NCBI RefSeq assembly: GCF_964355755.1
Contig: NC_092670.1
Coordinates: 28,756,388 to 28,820,387 of the forward strand
From: Antedon mediterranea
Taxonomy: Eukaryota; Animalia; Echinodermata
Length of the DNA stretch: 64,000 nucleotides
Reading direction: 5' to 3'
The first letter of the stretch is position 1. The number at the start of each line of letters is the position of its first letter. Under the pieces are notes generated by a model, which did not search any database, had not been told where the DNA came from, and worked only from the letters and a program-made list of their open reading frames with translations. Shown here piece by piece: positions 51,313 to 64,000 of the stretch. The translations under genes were made by a program, and so were the position numbers.

Positions 51313-52430
51313 TCTATAGTGGATGATCGACCAAAGTGTTGCAGTTTATCTTTTTGTGGTTATTGTCGGTGTCGGGGGGGGGGGGGTTAGTCGAAAGTGG
51401 TGGTGGATGGGCATGTGGGATCTGCTTAGGTTAGCAAATAAAAGAAGTAAACAAATGAAAGAGGAGCTTCAAAATAAGAGAGGAGTAATCTGTTGCAAAG
51501 ATTAAAATTCACAACGATCTGATAACTTATTCTAATTTCCAGAGGATATAACCTACCGTATAAAATGACATTAAAACTGGGAATTACAGAATCTATAATT
51601 AAAAATATATTTAGAATTTTTCTGACCAATGAATTTCAAATCAAATAATCAAAGAAAATAAAATGTTTTTACTAATATACCATTTTTTTTTTATAAAAAT
51701 GCCTATGTTTCTCGCAACACTGCTTGTAGATTTTAAAATTACCCCACTATTTTATTTTAGAAATCAATTATTAAACATTAGAACTACCTATTTTTAATAA
51801 ATCAGCTAAACAAAATACACCACTTTGGGCATTATGGTGAAGGTCAAATTTAGTTGCATTGAACAATTTAAAAAAAGTGAAAAACACCCCTTTTTAAATA
51901 AATGGTATGTCCCAAATTATGAAATCAAACAAAAATAAAAAAATATGAAACAGGTACACAATGCATTGTTATTATGCATACACTCATTATTTTTTATAAT
52001 TAAATGAACAAACAAAAATATCGTTCATCAAAGTAGTACCAATATCCATTTTAAAAAACCTTAAAAAAGGACAAAATTTGTCAAAAACACAAATTTGGAC
52101 GTTGCCATGGAAATATACGTGTGAAATAAAAAATACTTCATATTTGATTTCTCTCAACACATATATAGCCATGTGCAAAATTTGAAAGAAATCCATTTTT
52201 TTTAGTCTGCCACTCTTTTTGATATTTCTTTGATTCTTACAGACAATGGCTCTTAAGATTGCATATATTGTAAAGTAGGATGATAGTGTATTTACTGTAG
52301 CCAGTTAATGTAGTGTTTTGTTTGAAAGTTCGTAAAGGAAGAAAAAAATCAGATTCAACGAAAAAATTTGCTGGTTTTAAACTTTTTAAAACGTCTTCTT
52401 CACGATGCCGTATTGGACATAGTTAATATA

Positions 52431-53278
52431 CCGTATATTTCGGTGTATAAGTCGCACTTTTGACACGCAAATTTGACCTCTAAATTAAGGGTGCGTCTTA
52501 TACACCGAACATAAATGCCTCACCACACAAATTGTACATAGGCCTAGGCTATCGTCACCTCGTTTGCTAGGCCTGAGTAGGCTAGGCCTAGCTACAGTAA
52601 CTAACTAACGTAACGGCAACCTGCTTCTGCCTAGGCCTAGTTTTCAAGTCATTTTAGCATGATGTTATACTAAATATGATGAAAAGATTTGTTCATTATG
52701 GCGCTCCGATAAAATTTCATTTGTAAACGTTTACGTCGTACGATTGGAATAGTATTTATTTATACAGTAGTTATACGCACGATCGCCGTACCCCAAGCGC
52801 AAGCCCTTCTTTTGGTGGCACATGGTGTACGGTATTCGACTAGTATATTCTCCAGGTGATTATAGCATGGACCTAGCGTACACACTTCTCGGATACATGG
52901 ATACTAATCGAATACGATTGTCCGTGAAAACGTGCGCCCTCTCGAAATGATCGAGCGAGGCTAGCCCACACACGTGCGTGTTACACACACGGTCATGCAC
53001 TCGATGTTGCGGCGAAACTCATGAATAACAAGTTAGAAAGAACTTGTTGAGGCTGGGCGCGGCCGAGCCTAGGTAAGAAAAAACCTAAATAAAGGACGCC
53101 GTTGTAGATATAACAAAATATATAATTACAATAATATTGATTACAATTTAAAAAAACATTGTTTTGATGAAATATAAGGTGCGTCTTATACATCGACGAT
53201 ATAAAAAATACCGATATTTTACTCTCAGTTGGGGGTGCGTCTTATACACAGGTGCGACTTATACACCGAAATATACGG
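52431..53278. mobile_element. Tc1/mariner (pogo-like) MITE
   Basis: ta|CCGTATATTTCGGTGTATAAGTCGCAC...GTGCGACTTATACACCGAAATATACGG|ta perfect TIR. Confidence 0.9.
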
Positions 53279-54352
53279 TACACCAAAGTATTAAAAACAA
53301 ACCATTAAATAAGAATCACAGCAGAATCACGTAAATTCAATTGGCGGCAAAATAAACAGACGATACGTGTCACGTCAAGCATGCATATTATACTCTGCTG
53401 ATTTACGGTCTCAAACTGACACGATCTACGAAGCTACCGTGCTGCAATATTATTTTACGTTTACATTAGTGTTGTATGGAACGCCGTTTACGCAACATTT
53501 CGATGATATGAATTTTATGACGCGATATGTATGCATCGATATTAATTGAATGGCGCGCGATATATGAATGAAATGTTTTGAATTGAATGCTTTGAATTGA
53601 ATGTTTTTAATGAAATGTTTTGAATTGAATGCTTTGAATTGAATGTTTTGAATGAAATGTTTTGAATGAAATATTTTAAATAAAATGTTTTGAATGAAAT
53701 GTTTTGAACGAAATGTTTTGAATGAAATGTTTGAATTGGAATGTCGTATATATCGAATATACGTATGTCATTCCCGCTAGCGATTTTTTCTCAACCTCTT
53801 AAGCCTGGGTACCCTCATCTCCTTTCCACGCTGTCATCAATACGGATCCCTTACAGAGAATCCTAACAGACCTGGGTTTGAAAATATGAATTCCTATGGC
53901 ACGCCCGGACGGACATAACTATGTCAAGCAGTGGCGGATTTAGGAGGGAGAGGCCCCCTTTTGTATTGAGCACTCTATCCTAACAGTCTGATAATTTTTT
54001 TATTTTTTATTTTTATTTTTTTATTTTATTTCATACTCATCCAACAGCGAGTAACCCGCCAATTACAGGATGGATAAACTATTTAATAATTTCACAAGAC
54101 AAACATATACACAAGATGCTCTACATAAACAAAGACTTATTATTAAGTCTTTGGGAGTGGAGTTGTAATTTGTCATGAGAAAAAAACCCTGACATATGAC
54201 AGGGCTTGAACCCAGGACCCTTAGATTGGTAGCCAAGCATCATAACCACCAAGCCACAGCTTGACACAACTGAGGACTAGTGCTGTTCCGCCGTACCACG
54301 CCGAGAATGTTAAAGAGTCGCTATCCAATCGAGTTTGAACAATACCATGAAA

Positions 54353-54424
54353 GCCCCAGTGGCCTAATGGTTAGGGCAACTGCATATCAAGCAGACGGTC
54401 CGAGTTCGAGTCTCGGTTGGGGCG
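54353..54424 (+). tRNA. tRNA-like cloverleaf (anticodon ATC), second copy
   Basis: GCCCCAG/TTGGGGC fully paired acceptor, GCCT/GGGC D stem, CTGC/GCAG anticodon stem, GTTCGAGTC B box, TTTTT terminator. Confidence 0.6.
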
Positions 54425-54594
54425 ACTTTTTCTCATTCTCACAGATTTCCTCATCTTTATCGTTTCAAATTAATTAATTAAATTTCAGTATATCACCGGG
54501 CGGTTTAGAATTAATGTTCTTTGCCTGATTTGTTTATATATATAAATAAATAAATAAATAAAATAACAGCAGAAAACTTGTCATGTCGATGTGT

Positions 54595-54712
54595 ACGTAT
54601 AAACTCAATACGAGCGATGTGTAAACTCAACACGAGCGATGTCAACATAACACGAGCGATGTGTAAACTCAACACGAGCGATGTGTAAACTCAACACGAG
54701 CGAGGTCAACTT
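54595..54712. repeat. 22-bp minisatellite
   Basis: gtgtaaactcaacacgagcgat about 5 times. Confidence 0.85.
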
Positions 54713-54879
54713 GACATAGTTATGTCCGTCCTGGCGTGCCATACATTCCACTGTTTCAGGTCTGCTAGGATTCTCTGTAAAGGATCCATATTGATTTAAT
54801 TAAATTAAATTAAAATAAAAAAAAATAAATAAAATAAATAAATTAATTAATTAATTAATTAAATAATAATTAATATGTA

Positions 54880-55145
54880 AATAAATTGTATTTTTGTAAT
54901 CGTAGTTTAAGAAATTCCGACCTATTTTGTATATCGTTCATTTTATTTTTCTATTTTATGCGATTTTTAATTAATGTACAGTAAGAATATTTATAACTTA
55001 GTTTAAGAAATCTTATTTCGAATAATTTGAGGTACTTTTGTAATTATTGCTTATGATGTTTGTCTTTATGATGTGAAGCGCCTTTGAGCATGAGTTTTCA
55101 TGAAAAGGGCGCTATAGAAATCTGGTAAATAAATAAATAAAAATA
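54880..55145 (+). mobile_element. L2-type LINE/SINE 3' end
   Basis: tgtgaagcgcctttgagc...gggcgctatagaaat plus (TAAA)n tail; interrupts the foldback arm. Confidence 0.65.
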
Positions 55146-56996
55146 ACAGCGTGGAAAGGAGGCTTAAGAGGTTGAGAAAAAAATCGCGAGCGGGAATAAC
55201 ATACGCCGCCAATAGTTTGACTTTTCCATTCAATTCAAACATTTCATTCAAAAATTTCATTCAAAACATTTAATTCAAAACATTTCATTCAAAATAAAAA
55301 CTAAAAAGGAATAACTGCATATAAGTACTTATAAGTGCGTATAATAGGATAAGGAGAGTGTCTGTTGACTGTGCCTCGTTAATGGCAGCATTTTGTACAA
55401 TTATTTTCCACAACTAATTTTTGTGTAGATAGCTAGTGTAGAGATAATTTCCCCTACCTGAAAAATACATACTGCAATTTATTCAGATAGTTGTTTATCT
55501 TTAATTTCTAACGCTCGTTACATTTACTGTACGTACACAGACAGGTTTTTGATATACATTCATTATATTATAATATTAATGCTACTAAATTGATCCCGTG
55601 ATTTTACGTATCTCCTCCGAAACCGCTGAATGGTACGTGCATTTGGCACATTGATGTTTCTTGACGAGCCGCACACGATTGGCTATATCACTTTCCTGAA
55701 TTTTAAGGATACACAAAAAAAGGCTAAAAGTAACATAATGTTTACGGCCTAGTGGCCATGTTGTTACGTCACGTACCAACTACGCAACATTTTTTTGTTG
55801 TGTACTGCAATGGCCGGATCTACAAATATACCATGCCGGGCCGCCAACAAAAAAAATGTCTTTATTCTCGGCAGCCGGCCAACCGTATCGTATGATCGCG
55901 TCGTTGAAGTTTTAATTAATTACACCTATTCTAAGAATATAATGAATTTCGTAAATCACGGCTAGCCCAGTGAATACAACGCCGTGGCCATTGATATCAA
56001 TGCTTCGAGTTCGAATCCGCAAAATGTATCACTGCTTAAAGCAAAAATCAAAACTAGACCACAATTTAATTTAAAAAGTAGCAAAAAAGATAACCACAAA
56101 AAAAAAATCAAAATATCAAAAACTATTGACATAAAAAAAATGTGGATAAATAAAATTAAACAAACACACACACCCATAACGAATCCAAATGGTTTGATAT
56201 ATTGTTAACATGAAAACAACTTCCCACCACAATTCTCAATATATTTTCATTCGATTTATATCCTAAATGTGACTTATTGCACACATCACTATTTCTGAGC
56301 ACATTTTAAAACATAAACAAATATATAGGCCTTTAGTTTGGTATTTTATACTTATGTTAACTACAACCACCATGTGCACATATTGTGTTGATTTCAAGTA
56401 TGTAAGCAGCTGTAGTTTTATTATTTCAACACTTTACACCTTAATTCTATAAATTACCAATTTATATTTTATAAAATGTTTTAAACTGCCGACTGATTGT
56501 TCAAGTCCCTTTCATACACATTATCACTTTCTGATGCGCACCCTAGATTAATATTCACAGCACCATTTTCTATTATTTTCATAAAGCCATATATCCAGCA
56601 TTGCTTTCATTTATAGGTTACAGATATTTCAAAGCTAAGTAATACTTCGTGTATAACAAAATCAGTGGCCATAAATAGTTCTTTTTTTTTTTTCGTTTTT
56701 CAGAGTAACTAATACCTTATAATTATTGTACTTTCCCAGTTAGCATACGTCATACAGAAATTCAGTTCCAACTGTTTGCTTAAAAGTAGCCTTGCAATTT
56801 GCAAATTAAGGTATTGTCAAGCAATTTTCAGATCAGTACAAGGCGGTAAATGAAATAAATACAGTACTGTACAATTGTATTTCAGTGAGATGAATGATGA
56901 CGTTCATTAAACTTAATAATGTAACAAGTAAGCTAAAGAAAAAATAGTTGTTAGATCTTGATCCCTTACTGTCTGTTAGTAAACCAAAATAATATT

Positions 56997-58658
56997 GGGT
57001 CATTCCATGCCAACTCAACACATTTTCTGAAAATTATGGCTGGGTACCCCCTCAGATTTTCTTGAAACTTTCATATAATATGCAACTATATGTCTCACGA
57101 ACACACCAAAAATTTCAGTTGCCAACTCCAAGTCGTTAAAAAGGTATGGCCATTTGAAAATGTGTCGTCTGTAGAATTTTTGGTCTTAATAAATTACCTT
57201 TTTGTAAAGTTACATTTTTAATTAGCCATATTTTAAAAAACTATTAAAGCTAATAAGCTGAATATATGATCTGATAAACTCTAACATAATTTTGATCATA
57301 GATTAAAAATATACTTTATACATAATTCATGAACATCCAAGAAGCGCACCAGCAGCAGTCTAATGATACTTCAATAAATAATGTACCTCCTGCATTTGAT
57401 TCATTCTTTTGGTTTACTGTATTATCTTAAAAACTAAACATTGTATAATTTTGGAGAAGCAGCTACTGTACAGGTGTTTCAGTATACATGCGCGCGGGGG
57501 GGGGGGGGGGAGAGAGAGACGTGACACATTCATTACTTGATAATTATCAAATTTGTGCACATTTTGAGCACTTTGTCTTTTAAAACTATTCATTTTGTTA
57601 CTTTGAATGTTGCAGATAATGGATTCAGGATCAAAAGTTTTGCTAGGATAACAAGTTGTGATGTTCTAGTGGTTTTCAGTATAAAACTCCATGTCCATTT
57701 AAATATCGCGATTGTAGCAATATGTGCACACTATTTATGCACTTGAGCCATTTTTTACCACGTTATATCTCTTAAACTATTCATTTTGTTACTTTGAATG
57801 TTGCAGAAATGGATTCAGGGCCAAAAATTGTCTAAAATTGAATGTATTGAAAGCACTAGGAGATAAAATACTGAAATTATGATCTTCCGAAAATTGATGA
57901 TAGCACGTTTTACATACATTGAATGTGCTATAAATATACACAAAATGCCCTAATTTAATAGTCATATTTGGACATGAAGGAATAAAGACACCAAACTGGT
58001 ATTTGGAACATAGCTGAATCATGCATTGATGAACTTATATGATGAGTTTCAAGTTTGAGAATTATTGCCCACAAGGTCAAAGTTCAAAACGAAAAAGTAA
58101 TGATTTTTTGTATTTTGTGTCCCGAGTGACTTTTTGACGCGCAGTGTACCCCTAGGATGAATTTTTAAAATGATGTACTTTTTTGTATGGATACATTTAG
58201 TACCATATATTAATAATGTATAGGAAAAAATCAATTTAAAAATGTATTTTCATATTTAAATATGGGGTAAAAATTGCCGAAGCTGTTTGCGACAAAATAA
58301 ATTTGGGTCTCTAGGGACCAAAATCTCGAAAATTAACTGAGATACAGCTATTTTTTTTTCATATTTTTAATCTATGACCAAAATTATGTCAGTGTATCAA
58401 TATTCAGCTTATTAGCTTTAATAGTTTTTAAAATATGGCTAATTAAAAATGCAACTTTACAAAAAGGTAATTTATTAAGACCAAAAATTCTACAGACGAC
58501 ACATTTTCAAATGGCCATAACTTTTAAACGACTTGGAGTTGGCAACTGAAATTTTTGCTGTGTTCGTGAGACATATAGTTGCATATTATATTTGAGTTTC
58601 AAGGAAATCTGAGCGGGTACCCAGCCATCCCATTTGTTGAGTTGGCATGGAATGACCC
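56997..58658. mobile_element. Sola2-like MITE
   Basis: GGGTCATTCCATGCCAACTCAAC...GTTGAGTTGGCATGGAATGACCC; 4-bp TSD TATT; about 310-bp TIRs; terminus similar to the 26901-30220 element. Confidence 0.85.
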
Positions 58659-60376
58659 TATTTGTAATGTTATCTTCTGTAGGCTTAACTTTTTTGGTTT
58701 GCTTGCTACAATACTGTACAGTATCAATGATACTGCACTTGAATCGTTTCTTCATCTGTATACTTTCTGTATACATAATTTTCTGGTTTCAGTCTTGAAC
58801 TCATTTTTCATCATTTTTCAAGACGAAACGGGTATGTTACTATTTTATTCATACAACACCAAGTAAACGTTAGGATATCCAAAAATACTCAAGACTTTTT
58901 TGGTTTGTTTGTAATTTCAATGATAATTATTAGTACTGTAGATACTGTATTATGTAAATGTTTTCTTTCTTTTATACTGTGTCATCATTTGTATTATGGG
59001 ATGGCCTATATCGATAGATAAAAAAAGACGTGACGAGTTATTAACTGGTTCGTGACAAAATTGTGCAGCCGGGGGTTATTAATGTAAAAATAATTAAATC
59101 ATAGATTTTCATTTTTAAACATAAACAAATTATTTTTACTAAACAATCTTTTAGTTCAAACAATCATTTGATCTTGATTTGTCGTAAATGTAAATATGCA
59201 ATAAATTATCAAATCGTTTGATGTTTTGGGTTTTGTATCTCATCAGTTATATAAATGTTAATTAATAATAATTTGCCTTTTCGCCCTAAAATGAATTGAA
59301 TCTTGATTACAATACTCGGTTCTATAAAACTACATGTTTGTGGACATTACTATGGATGTATGTATGTAAATTAATAAAAACTCGCTATGTATTGACAAGG
59401 ATAAATATAAACACATTTAATCAAATGTTAATGTTCACACTGCGTAAATTATACCGTTACTTAATATTCAACATCAAAGGCTACAGGTGCTGTTAATAGC
59501 GTAAAAAGCATCGTTTAAATTCTAATTTATGATTTTAGATGTCGAAGGAAAAATCCACCTGTACGGCTTGGTACTGTAGTACATAGGGGAAATAATAATA
59601 TGCCATAACATAATGAACACACACTTAACTTGCAGTATAAAATGTGCTAACAGTGATTATAAAATCAACGACATACAGTACCGTCTGTTATACTGTAGTT
59701 GATACTCAAGTTTATCATAGCAAAACAAATATTATAATAGCCAATCTTGCAAATGAAAAATTGAATATGAAATGTCTGTAATAAAAACATTAAAATATAC
59801 AATTCCAACACGGTTTTCATAAAAATTTATTTTACAATAATTAATATATAGTCGATATTATCCCCTGTGTGTCGTGGTTTGATCATTAGCTGACACTAAT
59901 ATTAGGTCGTCTGTTTTCATGTGTTTTTTTAAGGAAAATCGTTTTATGCAAGAAACTTTATATCAGAGGGGTGCTAAATAAAACTATGATCAATGGTAGA
60001 CCTTAATTTAAGCATATAGGCCTAACATATTACCGTACCATTACAGTAGGATGAGGCCTACATTCGTATATACATGAGTAGCTGCCTTATTGTTTACTTT
60101 ACTTTAGTCCTAACTCAAGTTGTTAAAAGACCACGGGTGGAAAAAATATATGTAGGTCCCTACTGAATGTGTCGTAAGATGTACTATATAAAGGCCTACA
60201 TTAATGTGCTATCCATTCATGGTTAAAAGAATCGGCCGCTGTGGTACTGTACCGGTATTATCATTCAATTAAAAAACAAAACGTTCCGTGAAAAAAACAG
60301 GTTGAGATTAACACGAACACACAATATTATTATATTATTTATTATTATCATTATTATTATTATCTATTATTATTAT

Positions 60377-60407
<31 letters not shown>

Positions 60408-60806
60408 CATCTTTATCGTTTCAAATTAATTAATTAAATTTCAGTATATATCACCGGGCGGTTTAGAATTAATGTTCATTGCCTGATGTGTATATATATA
60501 TATATATTTGTTTATATATATAAAAGTATCTCTTCTGAGATCCCGCCTCATGAATAAAAATACTGTAAGATGAGGACGTATCAATTTGATCTCTGGTGCG
60601 CGTGCGTACAACTGAGGACCAGTGCTGTTCCGCCGTACCACGCCGAGAATGTTAAAGAGTCGCTATCCAATCGAGTTCGAACAATATATATATATATAGT
60701 ATATATATAATATATATATATATATATATTACTTTCTTTTATTCCTGTCCACCCAGGCAGTACTTGCCAACTCATATGCTATGACTTTATCCAAATTCCC
60801 TCACTT

Positions 60807-60843
60807 GCACTGATGAAGGGCTAGTGTTACCCGAAAGCTCTGC
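60807..60843 (+). ncRNA. Minimal type I hammerhead ribozyme (Penelope-type)
   Basis: gca-CTGATGA-a-ggg(c..a)ccc-GAAA-gc-TC-tgc; helix III reduced to the palindrome AGCT; predicted cleavage after 60840. Confidence 0.8.
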
Positions 60844-61654
60844 TAACTTTTCTGCCTGTTTACTTTTGATTTAGCTTTTCGCTTTTTATTTTTGTATCTC
60901 CATTGAGATCCAGCCACTGATACCCACAGCATTGTCATTTTTTCAGTAATTTGCCTTTGGATTTATATATATTACTCTTATACATGCATCTGTGGCGCAC
61001 TCCGTCGTGATTTTAGTGGAGTGACTTCCGCATTATGATATAAGTACCAACTCGGTCTCAATTAAAAACATCTTATTTCAATAGGTTAGCAGTGGAAATA
61101 TTACAGTTGCATAATCCCTGTACTAAATACCGTAAGTCTTCAATTCAGATATCTATAAACTTCGTTTTATACAGATATAATAGTCAATTTAAAATAAATA
61201 TTCATAGATATCAATAAATATGACTCAGTACAGAAAAGTGGTGTTAAAGAAATAATATTGTGATGATGTGTCAATGTTGAGAGAGAAATATATAAGTCTA
61301 TTCTATTTAATATCAGATAGGCCTACACATATATACCATGTGATCTTTGTTTACGTTACTCGTAGGCAGCTCATGATTTTTTATCTTTTAAACTAAAAAG
61401 CACTGTAGGCCTATACAATAATAACATAAAAGAGAAACTTGATCATGGCCTTGTGTTTCGAGTTCAACGCTAACCGTGCTTAACGAACCAACCACTATTG
61501 CCTCGTTAAGACCTCAAATTTAACCAAATACACATTATCTTGTTACGTACACATAACGAAATTCGTTCCTTCATATAATAAAGATCAAGATTCGCTACAA
61601 AACTGGTGTTTAGCTTATCTAGTAAACGTGTACGAAGCAAAATCTATGTAAAAA

Positions 61655-62020
61655 ACGCATCGATTGGGCGTCCGTTAGCGGCCATCTTGGATTTCGTTTA
61701 ACATAATCTTGCAAACTCGAAAATCATGCACAGAATTACAACCAAATATTCAAAAACTACGTACAGTATTTCTAAACCCGTACGAATTTAAAGACTAGAA
61801 TAATTAAGGAGAGTTACAAACCTATTTTCTGTACACATATGTGAGTGGTACAGGAGAAATCATCAGAAAATACAGTGAATTTCTTAACGAACGCAATCAA
61901 TTCGTCTCGTTATGTCAACACGACAGTAGATGGCCGCTTCAAGCATATCAATAGAATTACGGACTATGTATTGTGCTTAGGTCGTTCATTGGTGCTCAAC
62001 TGCATCACGTGACTCAGCAG
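61655..62020. promoter_or_regulatory. Candidate (possibly bidirectional) promoter
   Basis: YY1-like AGATGGCCGC on both strands (about 61680 minus, 61928 plus), ATTGG boxes (61663, 61988), E-box TCACGTGAC (62005); locally CpG-rich, apparently unique sequence. Confidence 0.35.
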
Positions 62021-64000
62021 CATTCCATCGACGCTACAATTATTGTTAGTAGCTGAAATACATACAAATTGTACATTTTAAAAGTTGATATCGATTTCGT
62101 ATAGCTAACCGCGCACGGTTTTTCGTTAAGAAAATAAAACTCCTAACGAAATGTTAATTTCAGCCTGGAAGGTTATATGATAACATTTATTAAAATACTA
62201 AGCGTTTAAGAGATTAATTAGTACCGGTAAATGCTATCGTGTTAAATAATGTTCCTTCTCTGAAATTGGTAAAATACTTTTACAGTAATAAAAAGTTAAA
62301 ATGAATAATTATTTATTATCAATTAATGTATTATTTTAAAACACAGATTCAATGCAATTTAGGCCCAGTTCTATTGAGAAAAAAAAGCAATTCTTCTATG
62401 TGTTTATAGACAATTGTTGAATGAATGTCTTGATTCTTGAACATTTTGTGTGACATAACATAGAGATACAATATCTCTATGGGCATAATAAGGAGCACAA
62501 AGTGTAAGTATATAAATGAAAATTCATAAATGAAAATTATTATCATTATTATGGGCCGTAGTTAAAAGTAAAACGTGTCTCTACTAAAGACCCTAAAACA
62601 AAGACCCAAAACAAATACATTAATCTTAAGTTAATTAATTTTTTTCTACTAAAAATATACATGACTAAAGTATTAATACACAGAAACGCTTCCAACAAAT
62701 AGGCTTCTTAATATATAAATAGTAAATGGTAGCCTATAGGCTAAATGATAAATGAATCATTTCATTTTTTTTTAAAAAGCGTAATGCTACCGTACTTATA
62801 AAATGCGTTTTTTTTATATCGTCCGATTTTAAAATATTATTAAGATTTTATGCTCTTTTGGGCCTACCAATGCATTTAAAATAAATCAAATGGTTAATGG
62901 TATATGGTCTATTTTAAACTTTAATCATTTGACTTTAATCATTAAACTCTCATGTGACTGTGTGTCTTATCGAATGATACTGCCGATAGCATTGGACCTT
63001 TTGATAGGGATTGATGTTCATGTCATATTTCCCCTTCAGACTGTGGTATTACATTTCAATTAGAACCATACAATGTCAGAATAAAAAGGAATACCAGGAG
63101 AGATTTTTTTTTATAATATTTAAACATATTTACTGGTTATACACAAAATAAACGCAAACATTCTTTGTTTTCTCCAAACATCATTATTGATTATTTGCAA
63201 CGTTAAGCCTATTATTAAAGTATTATTATCTGTCGTCTATTATTTTCCTTAAAATACCCTGTAAAAGGATAATTAAAAGAATTATTAGATCGTCATAATC
63301 ATCATCGTGGCCGTTGAATTTCTGTTTTGTTATTAAATTATGTTTATTGTACTTATGCTTATAATTATTACATTTTTTTTGTTTAATTTTTTATTTATTA
63401 CAGAATTATATATTTCATTTGGCATGATTTCCTTCAGCTGAAATCCATCCATAATAATAGCATCGAAAAAAAAATTTCAAACTGAAAAAAAATGTAGCAA
63501 TGGATTAGGCCTAGGCCTAATTCTATATAATTATTTTTAATTCCCATAGTTAGCCTTCGAAAAATCGAAATAGTGGAGTAGTCGAAATGCATAGAAAACT
63601 TGCTACTAGTTTTTTGCTTTCATTTGTTTGTGGCTACTTCGTTTTATAGTTCATTGATTTAAAAACAACCTCTGAGAACAAAGTATACTATATTATTATA
63701 TCGATGCGCCCGGATATTGATAATGACAAACGTGCAACTTAAAACTGGGACAGTTGTGTGTGTTACATTACATTACATTGCATCTGTATTTTTACATAGG
63801 CCTACATTCATTTATCACCATAGATTTGTTATGCTTAATTACTATATGACACTGTCTTGGTGTATGTATGTATCTCATAATTCCAATGCATTGCTGTGTG
63901 AACAGTTATTTCTTGAAAATTCATATTTTGTTCTTAATCCCGTGATAATTTGATAAGGATATACAGATAAAGAAACGCAGAAATAAATGAATAGCCTAAA

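Larger units (their letters stand above)
53565..55292. mobile_element. Foldback-like element with 14-bp satellite arms and nested insertions
   Basis: (gaatgaaatgtttt)n at 53565-53740 is mirrored at 55225-55292; 53762-53925 is mirrored by 54710-54795 plus 55147-55205. Confidence 0.7.

Noticed and set aside
55962-56208. Lys/Ile-rich ORF and its antisense ORF
   Set aside because: A-rich low complexity, no homology or splice support.
60611-60660. CTGAGGA in module B as a second hammerhead
   Set aside because: No convincing helix II or GAAA downstream.
43000-64000. COMMD3 upstream of BMI1 as in vertebrates
   Set aside because: No recognisable COMMD3 exons by eye; tBLASTn would be needed to exclude it.

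Overview
AT-rich, repeat-dense animal genomic DNA; the repeat types suggest a marine invertebrate, possibly an echinoderm (inference). The one host gene I can support is a Polycomb BMI1/PCGF4-like RING+RAWUL gene on the minus strand, with 8 coding exons from ATG 42907 to TGA 11132 (996 nt, 331 aa). The ORF track largely misses it because the exons are short. Most other recognisable sequence is nested mobile DNA: three LINEs (Rex1-like, CR1/L2-group, L2), RTE and Penelope remnants, Sola2 and Academ transposase remnants, Helitrons/Helentrons, foldback MITEs with readable TSDs, and a tRNA/Deu-type SINE. The most interesting signals are: (1) a (TA)n-associated, circularly permuted repeat carrying a 72-nt tRNA-like cloverleaf (anticodon ATC, T5 terminator), found next to a minimal hammerhead module; (2) a Penelope hammerhead with a compensatory A3:U8 core; (3) stacked TA-duplicating micro-insertions (TAGGCCTA/TACAGTA) that look like excision footprints. 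All coordinates were read by eye, and repeat boundaries without TSDs are approximate.
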